A stretch of DNA of 64,000 nt from a virus: IMG/VR virus record IMGVR_UViG_3300021468_000001, positions 1 to 64,000 of that record. One strand, 5' to 3'. Position numbers and translations under genes: made by a program. Numbering within the stretch: the first letter of the stretch is position 1; every line of letters begins with the position of its first letter. The notes beneath the pieces were generated by a model. That model had not been told where the DNA came from. It made no database searches and saw nothing but the letters and a program-made list of their open reading frames with translations. This document shows positions 39,244 through 47,649 of the stretch, one piece after another.

Positions 39244-42114
39244 ATGGACTTTGTGGAGGTTCTAGTCTTGGAGCTTTTCGTCGTAGAAAATATAAGCCCG
39301 GTTGCTCACACCTTGAAAGACTTTCAAGGGAAGCGAAAAACGATTGGATTCTCTCAGAAAGCTATAGTTTCGGCTGAAGTAGCATCTCTTTTAAGGCGGA
39401 CTGGTCAGTTCAAGATTCATGGAGTAGATTGGGATAAGATTGTTTCGGTTCTTGAGAAAGACATATCAGAGCCGACAGCAATCCAAAAACTCCAGAAATT
39501 TCGCCCGCCAACCGCTGGAAGTTTTGTCTTTGCAGTATTTCCAGAGGAAGAAGATATATCAATCCAAAGGTGGTTCTTTTCACAACTCGTTCGTCTATCG
39601 AGGGGCAATGATTCGCTTTGTGTTTACGCAAGAGACCTGCCAAAATTTGCCAGATTTTACTTTGGAACTCACAATATCGGGTGGATTTTTACTGAGAGTT
39701 TCTTTGGCAAGGTCGATGTGGTCATTGGGTTTTCTCAAAGCAATATAAGGAAATATTGTAGCAAATTTGGCGCGAGGGGGCTTCAAATATCGCCATCCCT
39801 GCTTCCAGATTGGGAAACTTCCGACCAGTTTCTTAATTCTCGAAGTAGCGGTAATAAAAACACGTTCCTTCTTTTGAGCAAGGATGTCCCGCCAAAATGG
39901 GTACAGGGATTTTCGGATTCTTTGAGAATCGAACACGTGAAGCCGGATGATGCCGAATGGATTTTTGATGCTGAAAGGGCAAGGCTTCTGTCTAGGGCTT
40001 TAATCTTTTTGAATCTTGAGAAGACGACCCTGCCATTCTATGAAAGAGAGGCAAAGCTGTGCGGGGCCTATGTTGTTTCAGATGCAAATCTGTTTTCGGA
40101 TATTGGTCCCGATGTGGCGCGCAATGAAAAGCCGCACGACTTGGTTGAGAAAGCGAGAACTATCCGCCCAGCTAGGCCGATCTCTCTCTCTTCGATTACC
40201 ACACTCGACTTGCTTCCAAAACGATCTACCCCTTCTCGAACCAAGGAGTATGACGTTCTAATTGTTCATTCGCCTTCATTGTCTGGGCGTTCCGGGGCAG
40301 ATAAAGCAACTATTGCGCTGAAAAAGCACTTGAGTAAAGAATGGAATGTAGGGCTGATGATTGCATCAACAGGGGAAAAATCCGGCCCGCTTGCCGAGAT
40401 AGCAGATTTTTGGGCACCGCTTTCTAAAATCGTATCCGATCATAATAAGTTTCCAGTGGCAAGTCTGTACATTGTGTCAGATTCTCTTATTCCTGCTGTC
40501 TCGGAAGTAGTGCCGAAATCGTCTATTCTTGGATATTTGCATTACTTGGGCGACCTGGCTGACGACAAAAACCGCGCCATCGAAACGCTTAAGGCAGGCT
40601 TCCTTCAAGGGGTGAAGATTCTTTCTCCATCCCGCTGTCTTGCTGAGAAGCTAAGAGAGATGTACTCGCTTGATGTTGAACACTGCGTGCCGAAGTATGA
40701 CTTCCCGCAAAAAAAGTCGCCTCCGCCTTCGGGAAAGAATAGAGATATGGTTTTTGTCCCGGTTCTTTATAACTCGGCGAAAGATCTTCAATTCTTACAC
40801 GAGATTGCAGAGTTGGTTCCTGAGGCTAACTTTGTTGTCGGAGATTGTCGGGCTCCGAAGTCGGCTATCAAGGCAAGAAATGTGAAGGTCCAATATTTTG
40901 AAAACGTACAAAATGCCTTTTCAAGGGCAAAGATAGTTCTTGTATTTAGTACAATTTCTACAACCCTTTCTATTTCTGCATGGGAGGCTTTAGCGGCCGG
41001 GATCCCGGTAATCGCCGAGGATAAAGTCCCATTTAAGGATCTCTTCGACCGATTTCGGCTTCCGAGAAACCCGGATATATGGGCGTCAGTAATTCGGAAG
41101 AATCTTAATCTCGAAAGTTATGCGTGGGGTGGAACGCGAAGGGCATGTAGAAGTGATTTCATGTCTTATATGGAAAAGGCAGACCGCTGGGACATATTGG
41201 TTTCTGAGGCAATTTCAAGGCGGGAAGTCGGCTTCAGTGTTCGTCCGTCGCCTTATGCTGGCGTTCAGAATGCGCTGGAGTGCATGAAACATGTTATTGT
41301 AAATGAGAACTCTGACATCGTAGTCGCATCTGTTTTGGACCATGATGCCCCTCATGGGTGTATAGGGTTTATAGCGTCATCCCTATCGCAACTCGCACTA
41401 GATGGACAGAATGACTTGATTGGCGAGTGTGCATCTTCATTGTCGCGCGGGAGGTTTTCTGCAATCATCACATTCGATACTGCAATTGCACGTCTTTTGA
41501 ATATGATCGTCGGAGATGAATTTGCGTTTGCACTGCCCGTTCCAATCAAGCCGATTAGAGGAATTGCGCGCCTTAAACCGCTAAAAACATCCATTCTTTT
41601 CAGGTCAAACGCACCAAGAAAAGATTTCTTTTTCAACTTGCTTTTGGCGGCTGAGGCGGGGGTCCAGGCCGTTGAGGTTTCAGATTCAGTTCCGCCGGAA
41701 GCATCTGCGATTGCCCAACGAATGGGGGTCATCCTTCGATTTCACCCGCTTTACTCGGGTGATGCCTATAGGAGTTTTTTGTCAGAAGTCAAGGTTGGCT
41801 TGCAGGTCACGCTATCGGAGTCTTTCAATTATACTGCCTTCGATCATTTTCAGGTAGGTACGCCTTGTCTTGTCTCCGAGCAGACAAGATGTATTTTCGA
41901 CTTGCCCAAAAGATGGAGATGGCTGATAATCAACCAAAGAGATCTTTTAGGCGCAGTTGATGTTTTCAGGGATGCAGCTAAAATGACAGAAAGGGATAGA
42001 CTTTCTCTTGCAAAGGATGCTCGGAAGGTGGCTGATGCGCTAAATATACGATTTAAGGCTGCTTTTTCTAGAGTGATGAGGTTGGTTCAGCGTAGAGCAA
42101 AAATATTAGCGTGA
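39244..42114 (+). CDS. Multidomain glycosyltransferase (about three GT-B/GT4-like modules)
   Basis: EAKLCGAYVVS, WEALAAGIPVI, SESFNYTAFDHFQVGTPCLVS. Confidence 0.75.
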   Translation: MDFVEVLVLELFVVENISPVAHTLKDFQGKRKTIGFSQKAIVSAEVASLLRRTGQFKIHGVDWDKIVSVLEKDISEPTAIQKLQKFRPPTAGSFVFAVFPEEEDISIQRWFFSQLVRLSRGNDSLCVYARDLPKFARFYFGTHNIGWIFTESFFGKVDVVIGFSQSNIRKYCSKFGARGLQISPSLLPDWETSDQFLNSRSSGNKNTFLLLSKDVPPKWVQGFSDSLRIEHVKPDDAEWIFDAERARLLSRALIFLNLEKTTLPFYEREAKLCGAYVVSDANLFSDIGPDVARNEKPHDLVEKARTIRPARPISLSSITTLDLLPKRSTPSRTKEYDVLIVHSPSLSGRSGADKATIALKKHLSKEWNVGLMIASTGEKSGPLAEIADFWAPLSKIVSDHNKFPVASLYIVSDSLIPAVSEVVPKSSILGYLHYLGDLADDKNRAIETLKAGFLQGVKILSPSRCLAEKLREMYSLDVEHCVPKYDFPQKKSPPPSGKNRDMVFVPVLYNSAKDLQFLHEIAELVPEANFVVGDCRAPKSAIKARNVKVQYFENVQNAFSRAKIVLVFSTISTTLSISAWEALAAGIPVIAEDKVPFKDLFDRFRLPRNPDIWASVIRKNLNLESYAWGGTRRACRSDFMSYMEKADRWDILVSEAISRREVGFSVRPSPYAGVQNALECMKHVIVNENSDIVVASVLDHDAPHGCIGFIASSLSQLALDGQNDLIGECASSLSRGRFSAIITFDTAIARLLNMIVGDEFAFALPVPIKPIRGIARLKPLKTSILFRSNAPRKDFFFNLLLAAEAGVQAVEVSDSVPPEASAIAQRMGVILRFHPLYSGDAYRSFLSEVKVGLQVTLSESFNYTAFDHFQVGTPCLVSEQTRCIFDLPKRWRWLIINQRDLLGAVDVFRDAAKMTERDRLSLAKDARKVADALNIRFKAAFSRVMRLVQRRAKILA

Positions 42115-42123
42115 AGGAGAAAT

Positions 42124-43551
42124 GTGATGGAATATGGGCTTGCTCTCAAGGATTTCAAAAAGCTTTTTAAGCGACTAGGTCTTCTTCATAGGATTTATAA
42201 GGACATAGAGACGCTTCGAGATAAGATAAGGGACTACTCTTTCTCGATTGAAGAGTTTGGAGACGTAGATAGCCAGCTGTCTTCATGGTCGCTATCCGGC
42301 GTAGAGTTCGAAACCAATACGGATGTAGATGGGCTAATTTATGTCTCGCTTGATTATAATGGGGTAGACACATATACTGTATCTCTTTTCAAGGATTCTG
42401 GAAGAACAGAAAAAGTAGCTGAGGGGACAACCGGATCTTCAACTGGGACGGTTTCGCTATCTGAACAAAATGACTCGGGTCTTTCGGGTTTAGTTAATCT
42501 TGATTATTCCAATGATTCGACTGATATTTATCTCAAAATCATTCCCGATTTTCGGTTGGTACTTAAGTGGTTATCTCCAGAGGAAGGCGAGGAATGGCAA
42601 GAAGCTTACCAGCGTTTTGTGTTTGATCTTTTAGATAAACTGAAGGCCCAAATGGAATCAGCGTTGTCGAAAGTTGAAAGCTCTTTTGACAAATTCCTTA
42701 CTGATGCTTGGGCAAAATTGGTCGGCTCCACCGAGTCTACGATAACGTCTCAAGATGTTGATACTGATGCAAGCGGTGACACAACTATTTCTTACGAGGG
42801 GCTTGCAGGCGATTTCGCAGACTCGATGGATGATGTTGGCGTTTCAGTTACGGAAGCGGGTTTTTCGGTTAGTAGTGAGTTTGATGATGACAACACTGGC
42901 GAGGGTGAGATTGATGCAACTCTTGACCCCCTTGCTCATTGCCGCCTTGCTGAAGCAACGCTTGAATGTACAGATGAAACGATCGGATCTGAAACGTTCG
43001 AGGTTAAAGGACGCCTTCCAGATGACACAATTGTTTATCCTGAGAGCGACCTGGTTGTGAAGAAGCACTGGAAGTCACCGGCGCTTGGGTTGAATATGCG
43101 CATCCTTAGGGCGATTACGGACACAATAGATGATGTTTATGTGGATGTGTCACAATGGAGTTTTAGCGGAGAAACATCGGCTAATACAGACGGCGGGATC
43201 CTCCATGCAAAGTTTACAACCTCGGACTCTAAGTTTCATTTTTACTCTTCCGCGGCAAAGCAAAGTACGGATGAGGTTGCCGAAAGTGAGGAAATAACTG
43301 GAAGTGGAACTTTTGATATTGAAGAAGTTAATAATTCGGGACTTACTGGAACGGTTGTTGTGCTTTCGGTGCCGCCAAGCGATATTAACTTTCAGGTCGA
43401 CCTCCATGTTTTCAAGGAAGGAGACAAGATCCGGCTTTCCTTTACATCAACATTGAGTGAGTATAACAGGCTTTTTGGATGGGCAATGAGCACTCCGCTG
43501 CCAGATTCAGATAGTCCCAACATACCTGAATCGTATGCGACACGTGGATAG
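42124..43551 (+). CDS. Acidic virion structural protein with internal repeat
   Basis: S.WS.SG....NTD...E.N.SGL.G.V occurs twice; position in head-tail region. Confidence 0.65.
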   Translation: MMEYGLALKDFKKLFKRLGLLHRIYKDIETLRDKIRDYSFSIEEFGDVDSQLSSWSLSGVEFETNTDVDGLIYVSLDYNGVDTYTVSLFKDSGRTEKVAEGTTGSSTGTVSLSEQNDSGLSGLVNLDYSNDSTDIYLKIIPDFRLVLKWLSPEEGEEWQEAYQRFVFDLLDKLKAQMESALSKVESSFDKFLTDAWAKLVGSTESTITSQDVDTDASGDTTISYEGLAGDFADSMDDVGVSVTEAGFSVSSEFDDDNTGEGEIDATLDPLAHCRLAEATLECTDETIGSETFEVKGRLPDDTIVYPESDLVVKKHWKSPALGLNMRILRAITDTIDDVYVDVSQWSFSGETSANTDGGILHAKFTTSDSKFHFYSSAAKQSTDEVAESEEITGSGTFDIEEVNNSGLTGTVVVLSVPPSDINFQVDLHVFKEGDKIRLSFTSTLSEYNRLFGWAMSTPLPDSDSPNIPESYATRG

Positions 43552-43560
43552 AGGAGAAGA

Positions 43561-44241
43561 TTGATGGCCCTTCCTTTCGGTTCTGTTGATGGCGTGAAAG
43601 CAGTTTTGCGCAGTTCTCCTCCGACTGGAGGAGGAGAGTCCTTTATCCGAGTGCCGGAGGATATTGCGGAGTCGAGAGTCGAACACCTGCTTAATGTTAC
43701 TGCTGAAGAGATAATCTCAAAGATCGGGTTTCAGCCAGTGGCGAACTATATCTTAAAAGAGATTAACAACAAGCTAGCAGCCTGGCATGTCTATATGGAG
43801 GTTTGGTCATCCGCAGGGCAGTTTGAACGCGGAATTCCTGAACAAGTTAGTGCTTGGCGTTTGTGGGCTTTTGAGAAGCTTGAGGATCCCGATTTTGTTT
43901 CTTCTCTTGAACCGGAGACATCAACAGAGGTGGTTTCGCCGGAGGAGATTTGTGAGGATTTCGTAAGGATTCAAGACGAGTCAATCATTTTTTACTCTGA
44001 CCATGACTCTTTCCTGGGAACAGTTCCGATTATAGAGGGATCAGAAGAGGTTAGAACGGCAAAGCGTGGTGGAGGAACTGTTTTCAAAAGAGGAACCGAT
44101 TATCATATCTGGTATGCGGATGGACGTATGCGGGTTATAAGCGGCGGTTCGATAACGATAGGACAGCAGTTGTATGTAACGTATCATGCAGTTCGTAGGC
44201 GTGAGTTTCTTGATAAGATTTCATCGGAACTCGACAATTGA
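43561..44241 (+). CDS. Putative head-tail adaptor
   Basis: Position; N-terminal FGSVDGVKAVL adaptor-like pattern. Confidence 0.55.
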   Translation: MMALPFGSVDGVKAVLRSSPPTGGGESFIRVPEDIAESRVEHLLNVTAEEIISKIGFQPVANYILKEINNKLAAWHVYMEVWSSAGQFERGIPEQVSAWRLWAFEKLEDPDFVSSLEPETSTEVVSPEEICEDFVRIQDESIIFYSDHDSFLGTVPIIEGSEEVRTAKRGGGTVFKRGTDYHIWYADGRMRVISGGSITIGQQLYVTYHAVRRREFLDKISSELDN

Positions 44242-45446
44242 AAGCATTTCAACAAGCAATAGCTTGGGTAATTAGCGATGCGGCAAATCTCATAACGCGG
44301 CAATGCGCTATGGTGTTGCAAAAGGCGTCGTTACTTGCAGCGGATGAGATGAAAAGGATGAGAACAAGACAGAGAAGGTTAAAGCCGGTATCGTTTAGCG
44401 TTTTGGCGGGGACTATCGGGCTTGGATATCTTATTAGGAAGCTAGACGCAGAAACGCGAGAAACTTTGATGGGCGCGCTTCCGAGTTTCTATGCTACTGT
44501 TTTTTCGATTATGGCGAAGAGATCCTGGCAGAACATTTACGAGTCGTTCATGATCGGCGGCCCTAGGGCGAACGATCTCGAACCGCATGGTCCGTGGCCA
44601 AAACTTTCGAAAAAAACCACGGACAGAAAAGGACATGACCGCTTCGGAGTTGACGATGGTCAAATGCTTAAGCGGATAAGAAGGTGGGCTAGGATAGCAG
44701 AGAGGCGGGGTCAGGCGTTCAGGCGGCTTGCCGGGGTTATCGAGCAGGCCGTTTCTGGCGCCCCTTCCCGTGATTTTGCAATCGCCAATCTTGAAAGTGC
44801 AGTAGACATGGTTCGGTCTAAAGGCGGATGGAGTGTCCGCCGGCTAAATGCGTTGATTGCGCAGCTTGATAAGCCAGTGCCACGAGTAGGGCGTTCTGGT
44901 GGGGTTCCGCCCAGACTCCATGCAAAAATGGGACCGTTAAGCCTGATTGGCGTTATCCCTCGTTCTCAAATGGGGAAGGGTCGTTGGTTACTTTCAATTT
45001 CTGTGGTCCATCGCTTGAAGGCTGAAAGAAAATGGGAGCAGAAACTTGTGTGGTTCCATAGTGGAAGAAGGGCATCTGAAAGGAGTGGGCCGCAGCCGCC
45101 AAGACCGTTCACCATTTTTACAACCAGGGATTATGAGGAGTCAACTGACCTGGCCGCAAAGGTGTTTCTCTCGGTTATTGCACCGAAAGTGCGAGAATCT
45201 GTTAGTAGAACAAAAATGGGCTTCAATCGTTTCATGCAGAGATTGTATGTTAAATTAACGCAGCAGGGGTTTCGCGTCGAGCGTCAGATTTCGCTTGCCG
45301 AGAAACGGATATTGGCGATTGCAGAGCGAATGCGCAAAGTTGGGAAAGGTCCGCCGGGACGGCCGGGGGCATTCGAGGCTGGTGCGAAGGAAATTTTGAA
45401 AGCGGCTTACTCCTTTCAAGCGGCTGTAGCACAATCGGAGGCGTGA
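44238..45446 (+). CDS. Virion morphogenesis/neck protein (Mu gpG-like)
   Basis: WPKLSKKT..RKG, FHSG...PPRPF. Confidence 0.65.
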   Translation: MKAFQQAIAWVISDAANLITRQCAMVLQKASLLAADEMKRMRTRQRRLKPVSFSVLAGTIGLGYLIRKLDAETRETLMGALPSFYATVFSIMAKRSWQNIYESFMIGGPRANDLEPHGPWPKLSKKTTDRKGHDRFGVDDGQMLKRIRRWARIAERRGQAFRRLAGVIEQAVSGAPSRDFAIANLESAVDMVRSKGGWSVRRLNALIAQLDKPVPRVGRSGGVPPRLHAKMGPLSLIGVIPRSQMGKGRWLLSISVVHRLKAERKWEQKLVWFHSGRRASERSGPQPPRPFTIFTTRDYEESTDLAAKVFLSVIAPKVRESVSRTKMGFNRFMQRLYVKLTQQGFRVERQISLAEKRILAIAERMRKVGKGPPGRPGAFEAGAKEILKAAYSFQAAVAQSEA

Positions 45447-45447
45447 A

Positions 45448-45891
45448 ATGGCGCTTTCTTCCAAAATTCAGGAAGTTAGGGACGCCCTAAAAACTCTATT
45501 GCAGGGCATTTCTGGAGATATAGGAAGTCCGCATTTTGTAGATACTGAACCTTCAGAGAAGGGATGGAACCTTCTCCCTGTTGTCTTTATCGCTGCTGCT
45601 AGCGCACAACTGGGAAGGCTGACAAATGCTACTGTGATTTACAGCCTTGATTTTGTCATCAACTACTTTTACTCTGAAGTTCCTCCTGGTGATAGGCGGC
45701 ACCAAGCATGGGATGCGGCTGCTACAATCGCGGAGAAGATTCAAAGCGATCCGTCTCTTGGTGGTCTTGTGGTAGGAATTGATGGAGATATTGGAATTAG
45801 GGATTCGGCAGTTGAGTTTGGGATTCAAGAAAGATTCTTGACCGGAATTCAATTAACAGTAACTTATGTATTGACTCCTTTCGAAAAATGA
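45448..45891 (+). CDS. Tail completion/terminator protein
   Basis: DPSLGGLV motif, size, position before tail tube. Confidence 0.65.
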   Translation: MALSSKIQEVRDALKTLLQGISGDIGSPHFVDTEPSEKGWNLLPVVFIAAASAQLGRLTNATVIYSLDFVINYFYSEVPPGDRRHQAWDAAATIAEKIQSDPSLGGLVVGIDGDIGIRDSAVEFGIQERFLTGIQLTVTYVLTPFEK

Positions 45892-45903
45892 GGAGATAGA
45901 AGA

Positions 45904-46821
45904 ATGGCGGAAGATTGGAAAAAGGTCTGCGGAATAGCGTTCGAAACCGGGGGGTGGCCCCCGGCCTCTTCTACTGACCCGACTGTTTGGTTTCCTGGCA
46001 TGACGGAAGCCGATTTTCAACAGGAACCTGCTATTGTTGATGTTCCCGATACTCGCGGGGATCGCGCAGAATATCTACAGCCACTTGGAGGCTTTACGAC
46101 AACGGGGAGCGTCCGTGACGCCTATATAACGATGGGGATCGCAAGGCTTTTGCTTCCTCATGTTTTTGCTAAGTTAAGTGATACCGCGTATTATGAACGC
46201 TTCGATGGAGCTCCTGGTGATGCTGGTAGCGCTGCTTATCCGCTTTCTGTTACATTCGAAAAGGGTGGTATTTGGCGGGCTGGAATCGGATGTTTCGTCA
46301 AGAGCCTGGAAATGCTATATAGTTCTAATGTCTTGACTGCAAATATTGACCTTTCTGGGTATTCTGTTGTCACTCCATCTCCCACTCCGACTCCTTCATT
46401 TAATAATCCAATAAAGCTTTTTCCGCTTCACAACTTGAAGGTTATACTCGACTCTTCCGAAGTTCACGTGACAGATGTAACTTTCCGGGCGGAAACCGGT
46501 GTTCCCGATACAGATCTTCGGTCTGGCTCACAGTATCCAGCTGCACTAACGCAAGGGAAGCTTGCAGTCTCAGTTGAATTTTCCGTGGAAGCATCGGGCA
46601 CGATTTGGGATAATATAAAGAGCGGGCACGAATACAATGTCGTTCTTGAGATGAAAAATCAAGACTCGACTGAGAAGATTGTGATCGAACTCCCGCAACT
46701 TCGCGTCAATCCGTCACGTCACGATGATTCTGAAGACAGAAATCTACTCTTTACAAAACTTGCCTGTAATGCTCTTGTTGATACTACGCTTGGTTATGAA
46801 ACACGCGTTTATCTTGCGTAA
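45904..46821 (+). CDS. Major tail tube protein
   Basis: 305 aa beta-rich, SVTFEKG, GCFVKSLE; precedes chaperones and tape measure. Confidence 0.75.
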   Translation: MAEDWKKVCGIAFETGGWPPASSTDPTVWFPGMTEADFQQEPAIVDVPDTRGDRAEYLQPLGGFTTTGSVRDAYITMGIARLLLPHVFAKLSDTAYYERFDGAPGDAGSAAYPLSVTFEKGGIWRAGIGCFVKSLEMLYSSNVLTANIDLSGYSVVTPSPTPTPSFNNPIKLFPLHNLKVILDSSEVHVTDVTFRAETGVPDTDLRSGSQYPAALTQGKLAVSVEFSVEASGTIWDNIKSGHEYNVVLEMKNQDSTEKIVIELPQLRVNPSRHDDSEDRNLLFTKLACNALVDTTLGYETRVYLA

Positions 46822-46847
46822 GTTGCGATTGAACTACTGATTTTCGT

Positions 46848-46875
46848 TTGACAAGTCTGTTTTTGCTCGTAAACT
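46848..46875 (+). promoter_or_regulatory. Possible internal promoter
   Basis: TTGACA-16 nt-TAAACT in an intergenic gap. Confidence 0.4.
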
Positions 46876-46905
46876 TTAGGCAGGTTATTAAGTGGAGGTT
46901 TCAGA

Positions 46906-47283
46906 ATGGCGTTCGTTTACAAGCCCGGGGTCAGGCGGATCGAAGTTGAAATAGAGGATGATGAGGGGAAAGAGGAAAAGATTGTGCTTTTCGTCAAGCG
47001 GCCTGAAGTTAGCGATCTGGAGGCATACGTGAGGGCTGAAGGGAATACAACGCGAAATACCATGGTTATTCTTTCCCATGTTGAAGGATGGGAAGGTGTC
47101 GTGGATTCAGAGGGAGCAGAGGTTCCGTTCACACGAGAAAACTTTAACCGGCTTCCGCTTGCTGCAGCTCGAATCATAGCGGAAAAAATTACAGACGTTT
47201 TTTTTCGAAGAACCCTTGAGAAAATTGGCGGAGTGGGAGCGAGCGGTACAGGAATTGGCAGTTCGGAAAATCCCAACATGTAG
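46906..47283 (+). CDS. Tail assembly chaperone (G-like)
   Basis: VEGWEGVVDSEGAEVPFTREN; between tube and tape measure. Confidence 0.8.
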   Translation: MAFVYKPGVRRIEVEIEDDEGKEEKIVLFVKRPEVSDLEAYVRAEGNTTRNTMVILSHVEGWEGVVDSEGAEVPFTRENFNRLPLAAARIIAEKITDVFFRRTLEKIGGVGASGTGIGSSENPNM

Positions 47284-47587
47284 TGCATGTAGAGAGAAAT
47301 TTCAGGGCATTCCGGGCCGACCTGATTGCGACAAGCCAGATGGATTTCAGTGGGATTGTCCGCGAGCGCGGATCAATCGGCTGCCAAAATCTATCCTCTT
47401 CAACATCCAACTTGCTCAAGTCTGCATAGAGATTAAGTGTTTGCCGAAACCAGGCGGTTTGCTTTCTCAAGACCTTGAGTTCTTCTTCGTTTTGATGCGG
47501 GTTTTGGAGTTGAGGCAGAAACTGTCTGGTGCGCTTTTAAAAGAATCTCAAGGCCAGATGAGACTTCAACGCTATCCAATCTACTAG
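47180..47587 (+). CDS. Tail assembly chaperone second ORF (T-like), probably reached by frameshift
   Basis: Open from 47180, overlaps the G-like ORF, no clear RBS, T8 run at 47198..47205; LPKPGGLLSQD. Confidence 0.65.
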   Translation, partial: RKKLQTFFFEEPLRKLAEWERAVQELAVRKIPTCSACREKFQGIPGRPDCDKPDGFQWDCPRARINRLPKSILFNIQLAQVCIEIKCLPKPGGLLSQDLEFFFVLMRVLELRQKLSGALLKESQGQMRLQRYPIY

Positions 47588-47649
47588 ACTTGACTTGACA
47601 TATCCTATTCCCGCCTAAAAGATATTGAGAGGTTACTGAGGAATTTAGT

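Noticed and set aside
47590-47626. TTGACA upstream of the tape measure gene as a promoter
   Set aside because: No convincing -10 at 16-18 nt spacing
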